From contig OZ199839.1 of assembly GCA_964304625.1 (NCBI GenBank), positions 2,420,093 through 2,484,092 of the forward strand: a DNA stretch of 64,000 nt. The letters run 5' to 3'. This DNA is from Kudoa neothunni. Lineage: Eukaryota > Animalia > Cnidaria. Below are positions 11,684 to 24,736 of the stretch, in pieces. The position numbers and the translations under genes were made by a program. The notes under the pieces are model-generated. The model had not been told where the DNA came from. It saw only the letters and a list, made by a program, of their open reading frames with translations, and ran no database searches. Within the stretch, counting starts at the first letter, position 1. Each line of letters starts with the position of its first letter.

Positions 11684-14170
11684 CGGTAACTTATGGGCCG
11701 TGCGCAATTATGCCCCGAGTGTAATGATTTTTTTCATAAAAAAGAAAATTACGGCTTGTGCCTCAACAGCTGGTAAAACAATTCCAACTCTAGCCCAAAG
11801 TTGAAACTATAAAATACAGTTGAGATTCGATAATGCGTAATTTTTGGACCCAAGAAAAATTACGCATTATCGAGACACGCGAACGCGCCTACAAAAACAT
11901 ACTTTATTTAAACTTGTTTTACAAGTTTATCTTAGCTCTAATCAATGTTATTCAATTATTTCATATATAAGAAAATTATTTTAAATCAAAAACAATAAAA
12001 ATGAAATAATTTTAAATTGATGCCATTTTTGAGATGATAATTTAAATATTCGATTCATTATTGGATGGAGAACAAAGATTAAAGATATAGCTTCTTGAAC
12101 AAATGCCTTTCTTAATATACGTACTGCCTGTCTAATATCTAATATCTTTGTTGGAAACTTTTTTTGTACATCGTCAGGTTCGATTTCACTTTGAATTGGG
12201 TTTTTGTGGTTGATGCGATTTGTAATTTTCGTCCTCACATTTAGGAACGATACCATCATCAAAGCTAACATTCCTTGTTTTTTTATCAATTATAAACGTT
12301 AAAAGTTTGGTTTTAATTTATAATTTGGTCCTTTTTACAACTGTTAGCATCTCTTTCGATCTCCCCCATCCTATCACCTTAGATTAGATATAATTTGAAA
12401 TGTTCACAATAATTTCCGGTGTGATGCAGTTCGAGTTTTTTGGAGTCGAAATTGCATCAAGTAAAGTGTATTTAGAATTTGATGAATCATCTCATAATAT
12501 CATATGATTACACATTAGTGTTTTATCTAAGTTTAAGACAATGAAATCACTCCTAGATGGATTTGTTGGAAAATAACTGTTGTATTTTTAGTTTAAAAAA
12601 TCTTTATATCGCTAAAACAAACGATTTTTTTGATGTTTTGAGCATTGGCTCAGCTAGATTAGCATTTTTATGTTCTTTGCCATCATTTTGGAATTTAATT
12701 TGTTCATTGCCTAAAAATATAGCAAAAATCATCGAGGAATATTTTGGAGCTCAACACGCATAGGGTATGTTTTGACCTCCTTCCAACACCTAGGATTTTA
12801 GTAGTTTTCAATTATTAATAATGGCAACTTTTCTCCACATAAAGAGTGTGATACCGAAATCGTTATGTTTTTTTGATAACTTTTATCCTTATGTCACTTT
12901 CCTTCCTTTATTACGTAACTGCTCATAAAACATAGAGGTATCATCAATGTTTATTACATCTCTTGGGTTATAGGTGTTTATCAAATTTTTATTTTGATAG
13001 ATCCACGAATTAATAGACGAAAGAATACTGCTCGCAGTTTTACCATTAAAGTGTTTAAAAATGATTCCAAATCTTTTTTAAACATCGTTACACATCCTTT
13101 ACTTTCTTTATAAATTTAAACTCTATTCTTTCTTGCAATGATAATAAACATTTTAAGAATAAGTCTCCAGAAATAATGTGATCCTTTGTGAGATTTTTGA
13201 TAAACATCTTCATCTGTGCTGATGATCTTTTATTTAAATGCATTTTCCTATTTCCTGCAATGTCTAAATTTTTGAGCTTTATTTCACGGTAAAGAATCCT
13301 GTCAAACATGGAATGTCCTCGAATATATATATTCAGATATAACAAAAATAACCATACCATTAAGTATAAGTTTTTCAACCGCCATTTTTATGGCACCATT
13401 TATTGTTTTTAATGAAATTAAATACCGTATTACTCTAATTTTCTCGAAAATATCACACTGTTTCCTTCATCTATTGAAGATAAAATTATGCAATATCGAG
13501 TCATTGATTTTTTCGTTACACAATACTAAGTCAGGGACACGTAGAAAAAATATTTTTTATGTTTATTGTGAATTACTAATTTATTAAATGAAATAATAAT
13601 AATAATTATTTAAAATTAATTTCCTATGTAATTATTTTCATAACGAAAATCTTAAATTACGCGATACCAAATCACTCAATATCCAATCTCGACTATATTA
13701 TCAGAAGTAGAGAATAAATCAAACGCTAGATTTGAAACAATGAAGATCTTTGATGTAGAAATAAGATTTTCCTTGAATATTATTATAACCAAACAGACTG
13801 TTTGTTTTAACATTATGAAGATTTTTCTATTTAAAAGCAGTAAACTCTCAACGGAAGAAAAAATGGATCGAACTGATGAGAGAAAATTCTCAATATATTT
13901 TTATCAGCAAGGCTAATGAATTCCTTATGATACCTCCAAATCAATACCTATGTCTAATAGTTGGTTTATGACTGTATAAAAAGATTAAACATTTCGTATA
14001 ACACATTCTTACTGGATTTTTAAATTTTAAATCTCGCCCCATTACAAATAATTAAAATATTAAACTAAATAAGTATGTTAGTTGGACAAAATATAACCCA
14101 ATTTTTAAATTTTTGTTTGATTTCGTGTCGTGCATAATCAAAATCATTACGCACGACCCATAAGTTATTG
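11684..14170 (+). mobile_element. MITE (Tc1/mariner-type ends) split by a nested Tigger-like element
   Basis: TIR CGGTAACTTATGGGCCGTGCGCAAT / ATTACGCACGACCCATAAGTTATTG. Segments 11690-11816 and 13696-14110 align colinearly with the uninterrupted copy at 23140-23850. Confidence 0.75.
11817..13695 (-). mobile_element. Degenerate pogo/Tigger DNA transposon
   Basis: TA-flanked imperfect TIRs CAGTTGAGATTCGATAATG / CAATATCCAATCTCGACTA. Minus-strand remnants include CENP-B-like HTH (IISGDLF), YNPRDVINIDDTSMFY, NTTVIFQQIHLGVI and TLLDAI. Confidence 0.75.
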
Positions 14171-14439
14171 TATGTTTTTTGTGTTTAATTCGTATTCTGT
14201 TGTATAATAATTCACCTTCTTTAGTTCTATCTTCTAATAAATATAAAAATTAATAAAAATTGCGATCTTATGCAAAAAAACTATTTCGATTACCGATTTT
14301 TACGCCCAAAATCGGAAAACCTTAGCATGCGGTTAATGGCAATCTTCCTATTTAATTCATAACACTAGATAAACGAAAAGAAGTTTATATGTATAGATAT
14401 TAAATATACATATTATTTTAAACCAATTACGGTTGATTT

Positions 14440-14880
14440 CCATTAAAAAAACATCAACCAAAACAGGTCTCCGAATGCTGAAAATAACCTTTTAGATTAT
14501 ATTCAATCGCCTTGTTTGAAGCGTATCTACTATCTCCTCTAATAATCCTTTTGGGTGAATTATTAACCTTATATTTTTTAATAAAACCACTTAATGTTGA
14601 CCCTGGAATCCCTCAATCCTCGGAAACTTCTTTCTGGTCTTTTCTTTTGTCAGTGACAAGATGACAAGCAAGTGCCCTTGTATCTTCAGGATTATTCAAT
14701 TTTCTTGGCATCTTGGATGTCGTTTAATTTAGATTTAGTTTCAATTTCATTTTCATTTTCAACGGATCTAATTTCAAAATTGAAAAATCTAGTTAAAATT
14801 ACCGCGAATCCTTTTTTGATTCCAATGAATACGGATTTTGAAGCAAAAACCGATACTATAACGGCATTACTCAATTCATA
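14440..14880 (-). mobile_element. Tc1/IS630-like transposase N-terminal (HTH) relic
   Basis: Minus strand reads KDQKEVSEDxGIPGSTLSGFIKKYK, an HTH-like segment, and is interrupted by stops. Confidence 0.4.
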
Positions 14881-15476
14881 ATTTTTACATTAAGAAATTT
14901 AAATATATATATTTCCATCAAATCATTTAATTTTTTATAATATTATGCTTCATTGCCTATATTTGGTTAGATTTTTCAATAATTTCCAAAAACAATTATT
15001 ACTGGGAAAGATTACATCGTGGTTAATATTTTATTTTATTATCAAACTTAATCGTTTCTCAGTGCGTAAAAATGTTCATTATATATTTTGAAAGATAGTT
15101 AAATTAATAAATTAAATATACATTTAAATAATTATAATAAAAAATTTAAACAAAAATATTTCTAGTAGGTTTGGATTATGTATTAAAACAAAATAAAGTC
15201 TGTGCAAACTCCATCTAACAAATCGGGGTTCCATAAGTAAAAAAAATTAAGATCGACAGATTCAAAACCTTACCGAGAATGAGAATATTGGAAAAATACA
15301 TAGAGAAATAGCTATATTGTCTTGGTGTTAATTTTAGTGCACAATAGACGCTTAAATCGTCTATTATACGTCAGAACTTTCCTCGGAAAATTTTATTATT
15401 AATTTCAAAATATACTCAAATAAGGAGTGAGAAATTAATAGGGTGGATCTATCTGCGCGCACGCGCTGATAAATAT

Positions 15477-16166
15477 ATGGATGACGAACAGTTGAAACGA
15501 TTAAACCAACAAGCCAATACATGTATATTGGCGTTTTTTGAACGAAGAAAAAACAACCCAACTATAGTGGTTCCTCCTTCTATGCTACCAGTGTCTCCAC
15601 CTGTACGTGAAAACCAATTCAGATATAAAATGGACAACAGCTGTCTAGTTAAATCAACCACATCGGGTGTTATTGGTTATGCAATGGGTGGATTGTTCGG
15701 TGTGTTTATGTCGAGTATGAGGGCGGATTCATCTATGCATGTGTCCGCCGACTCTTCGCCATATTCCCTAAAGGCCATGTACAAAGAATTTAAAATGAAT
15801 GCTAAAAGCACCGCCAAAAATTTTGGGCAATTTAGTTTTGTGTTGGTTGGTACTGAATGTATGATTGAGAAGGTGATTAGAGGGATGGTGGGTGTGTTTG
15901 TGTTTTTATTGGTTTTTTAAGTATCGCGGAAAACATGACATCACCAACGAGATATTGGCTGGTATATTGGTTGGTGCAGTGGGTGGATTACGTGGTATAT
16001 TAATCTGGATTTTTTGGGTGGTCGACAGTTGAGTGTTGACCCCATGTGTGATTCATTGATCAAGTCTTGATTGTTATTTTTAGCAAGTCCGAAGTTGGCT
16101 ATGTTTGGCGGTTTGTCATTGGGTCTGTTTACCGGAGTTATTGGCATGTTTTTGGCCGGACATTAA
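15477..16166 (+). CDS. TIMM22: Mitochondrial inner-membrane translocase Tim22; exons 15477-15872, 15922-15994, 16084-16166
   Basis: DNSCLVKS..GYAMGGLFGVF...AKNFGQ...GTECMIEK|YRGKHDITN..AG...GGLR|ASPKLAMFGG. Both conserved Cys are present, with canonical introns. Confidence 0.95.
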
Positions 16167-16330
16167 TTTTTATGTTTTATACCCCCCATAAACAATACTA
16201 TTGTTTTTGTAATCTACTTAATTTACTGAACTAATGTATTCTGCGCAAACGCATTCCTATTACTAGCTAGTGATTTAACCGATTTTTCGATTTGAATAAG
16301 TTTTTCATTGGAGTGTTTGATCCTGCCAAA

Positions 16331-16788
16331 ATGAAAATAGTTAGTGCTATTAAATGGGCGATAAAGGGTGACGCAATCTCATCATTGTACACCCAACAGC
16401 ATCAGATAGGAGATTACGGTGTGAATAAACTATGGAAAATATATCAAGGTGTAACCATCTCCAATGGCCAAGTAATGATAAACAGATAAAAATTTTAGTT
16501 GGTTTGTAACTGCTCAATTATTTTAGAAAGTTGGTATTTTTGTTCTGCAGAAATCCTCACTAAAAATATATCCCAAAGAAAGTCGTGAATATTACCTTTC
16601 ATTAATGGCTAAGAGTGTGGATATGTTGAATACTCAAATTCATAACACAATGCTCAAAATAATAACACCTTTTACCGAGACGAAGTATTTTTGATTAGTA
16701 TATTTTCTATTTAAATCATAAGTCCTTAAATTATCATTTAAATAAAAAAAACGCAATACGAATTCAATTTATTAACAGACTATATAAA

Positions 16789-16819
<31 letters not shown>

Positions 16820-19800
16820 GTGTGTAGTGAAAATAGGTAATATATTTGTTTTTCGCAACTCTTGTAGACATTAAATTATATTATCAAAAATGAATTAATT
16901 GTTATTAAATATTTATTTAATAGGAATTCCCTTAAAAAAATTAAGCTAAAATCGTACATAATTAAAACTAATAATCCAAGCATATAAAAACAATTTTCAA
17001 ATTTGCAATATCGGCGAATAATGACAGTTTCATTGATCATTTGAAAGAGGTGGTATTGCGCAATATTAATGTATATCATTTCATATTTAAAGTCGGATAT
17101 TCCTAGCGTTTTATAAAAATAACGCTCTCGGTATTTCATAATTTTAAGCTTAAATGAAGAAACGCACAATGTATTTATTCTAATAAATAATTTAAGTTAA
17201 CCGAAATATTGATATTCTACAGCAACGGTACCACTATTTGGGCCGCCATGCAATTTTTAATTCTGTTCTATTGTTTGATATTCGATTTCTTTCTCTTTAA
17301 AATTTAAATTTAAAACTTTTTTGTTACTAGCCAATCGACAATGATTGATTTTATTTATTATGCTATTTAAATTGTCTAGGAGGTTATTAATAAATGCCTC
17401 TTAGATTATTCTCATAATTTACATGCTTCCTCCTAGTATAAAGACCGATTGGCATTATTGAGCTAATTTTTAGTATATGAAGTATTAAACTGTTCAAAGT
17501 GTGGATACTCCAAACTATATAACAAAATGTCTTTAAAAATATTATTAATTATATTGGATAATTAGTAATATTTAAATTTTTAAAGGTAAAGTACTCATAA
17601 AAAATATTTTGAGATTTGATTGTCATTTATATTAATTTAAACATTTTTTTATTAAATTAACCAATTAACAATCGAATAACGACAAAATATTAATACAATG
17701 ATATCACTTCAGTTTCTTGATAAAACAATCTCATTAGTTTCAATTTAAAAATTAACCACATGATCAGTTATAATTTATGATGTATCGAGGTTTGATACAA
17801 AAATATTGAATAACGTGTTGTTTTGTTGATTGAAATAATATGTATTTGTTAGGGATAGTTACTGTTTTGTTAGCGAGCCTGTGATTGGTACACTGGAGAG
17901 TTTGATCCGATCGAATAAATTAAAACAGACAGTTGTTGAAGATAAACTAAAATATGGCATTTATTCGTTGGCCAAAGGTCTCCATCATTTAAACAGATCT
18001 AATATATTTTCTTCAGTGTTTGACTCCTTGTGAAATTCTTGTGACTCCTGAAATACGTTGGAAAATTGGTGGAGCTTTGTTCGCTACCAACGCAACCAAT
18101 ACAGCGCTTAATGTCGCCAAATATAATAGCGAATGTTCTGCAATTATAAAAATACCTTTTGGTTATGTGTCGCCTGAAAATCTCGCTAAGGACGGAATCG
18201 CTAGTGGTGCGGGGGACGTTTTTTGGTTAGGATCAATTTTAGTCACTATATTCAATGCTTACTATCCTAACGGTTGTACAAACTCTTTGGTTACTACTGA
18301 CTTTAAAGAATTTGAGTCTAATTTGAATCAAGTATTTCTTTTTAAACTAAGATATAAAATATGATTTGATTAAATCTCTCAAATGTTTGTTTTATTTTAG
18401 TTTAATTTTTCAAATCCTCCCTGCCTCAATGTTATACCTTCTGAAATTTACTCGTTGGTGAAAAAATGTATATCTGGTGACAAATACGGTAGAGCTGATT
18501 TGGACGATGTATTAAATGTAATTTACCGCCAAAATAAAAACATTTATTTATTATTTCCATTCCGAAGAATGAATACCTCCATAATATCAATGTCGTTACA
18601 ATGATTTCGGTGGATGTTATGCCCGCAATGACAGTAGGTGAACGTAAAAAGTTTCTGTTGTCACTTCAAAATACTTTGACTTCAATTTCAGTCGTAAGTT
18701 TTATTTATTATTATTTTTGATTTGTTATTCACTGTTGTTACACGAATTTTTGTATGGATCAATGTTTTGAGGATAATAAACTTTTAAATTTAGGACACTA
18801 TGGCCACATCAATAATCCCCATGCTATTGGAGTATATGTATGAAGACGAGATGACAGTTATCAGTCTTAAAAATCTGATAACGCTAATTCAGCATAACGA
18901 CTTTAAAGTGTATCCAGGGCTGAATTATACAAGGTTGAAATATTTGGTGGATTCTCCTGATTTCGAGGTAGTACATTTTGAAGTTTACCCGAAAAAAAAC
19001 AAATCAAATTCTGATTAATTTACTCATCACTTCTACCAATTTTAAATATCTAAATTTAGGTGATAGCGCTAATAATAGAAAATTTCGGCGAACTTAGAAA
19101 ACATCCTGAAACAATGCTAGCCAACAACTACGCTAAGTTGATTTGCAAAGGGCTCGAATCCAACCATATTCAATGTCAAGTATGTCTTTGGCTATTTTCA
19201 ACTACTCTAATTCAACAAAATAACAAATTATATTTAGAAATTAGCTATCGATTCATTGATGGCCAAATTAGAAAACGAAGGTGTCAGCTTTGTGCCTACT
19301 TACACCGATATTATTCCAAGCGTCGGTCGTCTTCTTTCCAATAACAATGTTCCTGCTTATGTATTTTCTTGTGTTTAATTTTTTTTCTCACCGCCACCAA
19401 GATCCATATTAACGCTTTTATAAGTCTCACAAACTTGGTCAGTATGATCGATTATAGAAAAGTAGAAAATCTGATATTTCCAATTCTATTTGTCGTGACC
19501 AACACGGACGTGGCTTTTCTAATGGCCTGTCTTGGTATGTTGATTCATAGTTGTTTTTTGAGATGTGATGTTCCACCACATTTCCAGGGCTGATGCAAGC
19601 AATCTACAAGAATCATGGGAAGAAATTAGATTCCACAATACTGCTCAGTCAATTGATTCCAATTTTACAAAAAATGGCTTTGCACCCAAATTTTAACCAG
19701 AAACAAGTAACATTGAAATATTTTATTTTTGCATAAAAATCATCTTTTTTTAAGCTGAATGCTTTTAAAAGCACAATATTTTCGTTGTTAGATGCGGCTT

Positions 19801-21436
19801 TTTGTGAGCTGACTCTTCTTCGACCAACTGGGTAATGTTTATGTTGAGTTTATTATTGGAAACAAAATTTTAGACCGGAAAATACCTCTAATACTCCTGG
19901 AAACGAAAACTGTATCAATGACTTTATTTCTTTATTTCAAACGTTTTAGTATCGAGGGCCAGCTCATTGCAGCGAAATGCTTCGAATGATAACTGCCTGA
20001 AAGCGCCAAAAAGACCTTCTTTCAGACCTAAAATTACAGATAATCCCACTCAGTCTGTTTTTAGTACTCCACCGCCTATTGCTTCAGATCCATTCGCAAC
20101 CATCTCTCCTGTGTCCACCAAACCAGAAACATCTTTCATAACACAAGTGGTTTGTTTGTATTCTCTTTTATACATTGTCATAATTAATTAGAATGCCACG
20201 GGAAATTCAAATGCCCCTAAACAGTATCTTTATTGAACTAATTTAAGTAATATAACGGGTTTGTTTTTAAATATAGGTTGGGAACGTACACTCCGCAAAG
20301 GCCTCAAGAAAATATTTCTACAACTTTTGATCCTTTTGGAATGTAATTTCATTTTCATAAATTTTAGTTGTATTTCAAATATTTTTAAGGTCGAAGAATC
20401 AATCACCACATCCCAATCTAAATCAAACCACAGGGACTCCAAATAAACCAACTAAAATGGACACCCCGGTTCCTACATACAACAATCCATTCAAATTCTC
20501 TGAACCATCTCCAACAAACCAACCAAATAAAACAATTCAAAATTTTGGAGGGCTGAACAGTCAAACTGGAAAAAGTTTTCCAAATCCTGATGTTCTACAA
20601 AGTCAAACAAATCAAAATAAGGGATTCTTCGGTAATCGCCCTTCTCAGCAGGACTTCCATAATTACGACGTCCCCAAAAGCCAAACCAACTCCACTACAG
20701 GATTCGCAAACAGTCAACCTAGCCAAACCAACTCCACTACTGGATTCGTGAATAATCAACCTACTCAAAATTTCCCCAATTATAATACCCCCAAAAGTCA
20801 AACCAACTCCACTACTGGATTTGCAAACAGTCAACCTAGCCAAAATTTCCCTAATTATGACATCCCAAAAGCCAAACCAACTCCACCACTGGATTCGTGA
20901 ATAGTCAACCTACTCAAAATTTCCCCAATTATAATATCCCCAAAAGTCAAACCAACTCCACTATTGGATTCGTGAATAATCAACCTAGCCAAACCAGCTC
21001 CACTACCGGATTCGTGAATAGTCAACCGAGTCAAAATTTCCCTAATTATGACATCCCCAAAAGTCAAACCAACTCCACTACAGGATTCGCAAACAGGTCA
21101 ACCTAGCCAAACCAACTCCACTACTGGATTCGTGAATAATCAACCTACTCAAAATTTCCCCAATTATAATATCCCCAATAGTCAAACCAACTCTACAACT
21201 GGATTCACAAAAAACCAAGCTAGCCAAAATTTTCCAGTTTACGACATCCCCAAAAGTCAAACAAATCCAAACCAGGGATTTTTCGGCGCGGGGACCAATC
21301 AAAGCCAACCCAATTATGATGTATTCGTAGGTCCAACAAATAAAAACTATGCTGCAATGGGAAATAATCTAATCAAAATATTCAAAATAATCAACCCCGT
21401 GACGCGTTAAAGGACCAAAGTAATTATAGTTATTAG
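16331..21436 (+). CDS. SCYL2: SCY1-like pseudokinase 2 (multi-exon; kinase-like domain, HEAT region, repetitive tail)
   Basis: LWKIYQG..|KVGIFVLQK...PFTETK|DSYCFVSEPV, LTPCEILV...WKIGG, YVSPE, DVFWLG, followed by HEAT-like exons. The tail has 1-nt frameshifts, so the stop is at 21410 or 21436. Confidence 0.9.
16789..16824. repeat. Compound (TG)n(TA)n(TG)n microsatellite in SCYL2 intron 2
   Basis: Seen directly in the sequence. Confidence 0.9.
20655..21265 (+). repeat. Coding tandem repeat of alternating 33-42 nt modules (SQTNSTTGF[AV]N[SN]QP and [ST]QNFPNY[DN]IPK)
   Basis: About 9 copies of CAAACCAACTCCACTACTGGATTCG and about 7 copies of CAAAATTTCCC(C/T)AATTA. Confidence 0.95.
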
Positions 21437-21749
21437 CTTCGAGAGTTCGATGATTGATTATTGTTACACTTAGAAAATCCGTTTTCGTATGGAAACCAAC
21501 ACACATTAAATTCCAACTCAAACTTTCCATTTTAGACAGATTTTTAAAATATTTATAAATGTGCTGACTGTAGTTGTTTGGAGAAATTTTTTGGATAATT
21601 TGTAATTTTATTGCGCAAAAGAAAAATTCAATCTCATATATATAATATTTTAACACATTCTCACATGAGAGAAACAAATAGGGAGAACAACACAGCAGAT
21701 ATTGTAGTATGTAAAAAGAAATGTTATAGAGGTAAATGATTCAGTCGGA

Positions 21750-22662
21750 TCAAGAAGACTTTTTATCAACAGCAGCATCTTTTTCTTTCGAATCAGTCTA
21801 AGTCAAAATATATCATTACTAACTCTTTCAAAATAGTTGGATTACCAGCATTTCATATTCATCTAAAAGGCGATCATATTCTCGCTTCAGTCCTTCGGAT
21901 TGAGTCTTCATGGCGGCGTGATCTTTTCTCAATGTTTCCAACTCTAAATATTTTGTATTTATACTAAAAATCGATCGAGATATTAAAACCTTGTTCCAGT
22001 TTGTTGTATTTTTCAGAAGACATTCCATCATTTGATTCCAGATTCTGTTTGAATTGTTCAGAAGTGTTTAGAGCCTGTTTTAACGTGGCTTCATGTGAGC
22101 ATTCCAATCTCGCCATAGAACAAACAAGTTTTGTCAAACGATAGATAACCCTAAAGAGGCACACATATTACAGCCACATTAAAATTGAAATATCGATCAA
22201 CTGGCTCACAGGACCAAAAATAACGATAATCCACTTATGTAAAGGTTGCGCTGAGATCGGAACATATTCATTTTAGCTGAAGTAATTGAGTGAGCATTGA
22301 TGTTTCCATCAAACTTGAATGAGCTAAAGGACTATATTTCTTGATTTCCATAATGGAATCTAAACAACGTTCATTTTACTGTAACAAAACAAATTTTGCT
22401 AAAGATCAAGCTACCCGCCAAAAGAAACAACAGGAACAACAAATAGCTGAGAAACCACAAATTTAAGAAGTTTTTAGTTTTCTTCACGAAATTCGATGTT
22501 ATTATCCAATACATCCTATTTAACGTAGAAATCCAATTAAATAAATGGTCGAAGATTTGACAGTAAAATATATACCGTTTTGGTGGAAAGAAACAACAAT
22601 ACAACCACCAAAACAATTTCTGCTGCTAAAAGATACGACGCTGAAAGCATAAGAATAGCCAT
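21750..22662 (-). CDS. BCAP31: B-cell receptor-associated protein 31/29 (5-6 exons)
   Basis: MAILMLSASYLLAAEIV..., DSIMEIKKYS, KMNMFRSQRNLYISG, AMKTQSEGLKREYDRLLDEY, and C-terminal DKKSS* (KKxx ER retrieval). Two apparent 1-nt indels near 22588 and 22329. Confidence 0.92.
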
Positions 22663-23139
22663 TTTGACAGCTTATCGGCAGATATCGGCATGCGTTGCGC
22701 GCATATGTTCATCCTTCATCATGTGGCTACCTTCCCTATTTAATATCGATAATTCATTACATTAAAAATCAAAAATTTTTAATATTTCAAATCACTTAAC
22801 ATTAATTCTATCGTTAATCACACATTGTTGGGGGATTATGTGATTAAAATTCAAATACGTTTGTTAACCTTTTAATCCAATAAACGAACTGTTAATATTC
22901 CATCACTCCAAAATATTAAATTTTATTTATTCAATACAGTTTGATATTTTTTAACTTTCTTTTCTAACGAAATGATTATCTACAAGAAATTACAGGAACT
23001 TATGGCCTTACGTAATATTGCAATATAACATAAATTAATCAATTTCTAGAAACGTTAACTTACACTCTATAAACTTTATAACATTAGCAACTAATTAATT
23101 CAAATTGACTTTAGAAAAATTACATATCAATAGTTTTTA

Positions 23140-23849
23140 TACATTTTATGTGTCGTGCGTGAGGATTTTTTTCATAACTACGAAGAATATGGCTTGCGTG
23201 TCAACAGGCAGTAAGAAAATTCTAAGTCTATCCCAAAAGTTGAATTAATAAATTTTATCAACAAGCAACGAGTAAATCCACTGCTAAATTTGAAACAATG
23301 TGGAACTTAGATGTAAACCAAGATCCGCCATGAATATTATTATAAACATACAGATTAAATGTTTTGACGTTATAACGACTTTACTGTTTCAAATTAAGAA
23401 AAACTCGCAAAGAGAGAAAAATGTGGAAATTGATCTACCATTGAAAGATTGGCTTGAATTGATGAGAGAAAAAAATGAAGGATTCTCGATAAGTTTCTAT
23501 CATTTAAGCTGATGAGTTCCTTATAAGTTATTAGTTATAACTTATAACTAACTTTAACTAATAACGTATAGCAATTAACACCTGCATTTACTAATTGGTT
23601 TAGGCTTTATAAAAAGATTAAACATTTCGCATAATACATTTTTTTGGATCCTCAAATTATAAATCGCATTTCATTAAAAATTTCTTCAAATATTAGACTA
23701 AATAAGTTTGCTAATTTTCCAAAATATAACTTAATTTTTTCTATTTTTATCTATCTTTGCATGCGCCAAGTTTTGTGCCGTACGTAAATAGGACTCTTGC
23801 GTAGTGACTTTGATTTCCTCTCTGTTTAGGCGCGACCCATTAGGCACTG
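23140..23849 (+). mobile_element. Uninterrupted MITE copy of about 700 bp (CAGTGnCTnATGGGTCG family)
   Basis: Right end GCGACCCATTAGGCACTG-TA. The body is homologous to 11684-11816 plus 13696-14170. Confidence 0.75.
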
Positions 23850-24721
23850 TAATAGTTTACTGAAATGAATTATGGATGCCTTTTCAAGACGTATTTTAAC
23901 TTGGGTGATGTATATATAACATTCCATAAAGTTGATTGAACGCAAAAGTATCTATTTTGTTAAAGTCTACGTACAAAAACCTAATATTGGGGATTAAAGA
24001 TAAATATTCCATATTTTAATCTGATTACTTTCTAGATATTTTTAGGTGAAACAGTTTTGCTGAGGGATATTTGTATGTGATCAGAATAAGAAAATTAATT
24101 GCGTTGAATGAATATAATTATTTTCAATAATAATGCCTTTTTATGATATACAGGAAACCCCAACTACTTGCGGATCACTTACCTACGATAAATTCGTGTG
24201 AATCTAAATTAAACCAGCTTATTAATTTCAGAATTGCATAATAGAAATGAGTCAAACACAACTGTGTGATTCTCCATTCAAAATCACTTTCTCCGGGTCG
24301 ACTACCTCGATTAGATTGTGATTATTGCGACGAAAAATTTAATATTCACTAGAATATACGCCTGCATCTTCATTAGAAATCAACTAAGTACGTCAACTAA
24401 CAGGTTTTAAGTACAGTTAATTTTTTAGAATATTATATTTAATTATTTCTGAATCACAAGAGGGAAGAATTAATTTATTCTGGCAAAAGTGAAAAAATTC
24501 AATGTATAAACAGCCTGCGAGTTAGAGTTGATAGTTGGCAGGATTAAAACTTTTCATTACAACACAAGCGTAAACGCCTTTTAGGATTTGAATTTACCGC
24601 GTAAAAACCTCTATCATAGCAAAACCAATATAAAACCTTTAAGGAAATATGAATTTAGTTTCCAGGTTAAAGGGATGAGTTTGGATTTTTCACCGGGCTG
24701 AGGGGGTAGATTTAAAGAAAT

Positions 24722-24736
24722 GGTTGAGAATCCCTG
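24722..24736 (-). mobile_element. Solo hAT (Charlie-like) terminal repeat
   Basis: CAGGGATTCTCAACC on the minus strand, adjacent to CTCTAAAT (Charlie-type target). No partner end was found. Confidence 0.35.

Noticed and set aside
13872-13895. CTGATGA followed by a short stem, resembling a hammerhead ribozyme core
   Set aside because: The required GAAA after stem II and the flanking stems are absent.
15995-16083. Possible intronic snoRNA in TIM22 intron 2 (hairpin GTCGACA/TGTTGAC, TGTGATT)
   Set aside because: No convincing C box (RTGATGA) with D box (CTGA), and no H/ACA layout.
20655-21265. CRISPR-like repeat/spacer appearance
   Set aside because: The 'spacers' are themselves repeated, units are multiples of 3 within the SCYL2 reading frame, the context is eukaryotic, and there are no cas genes.
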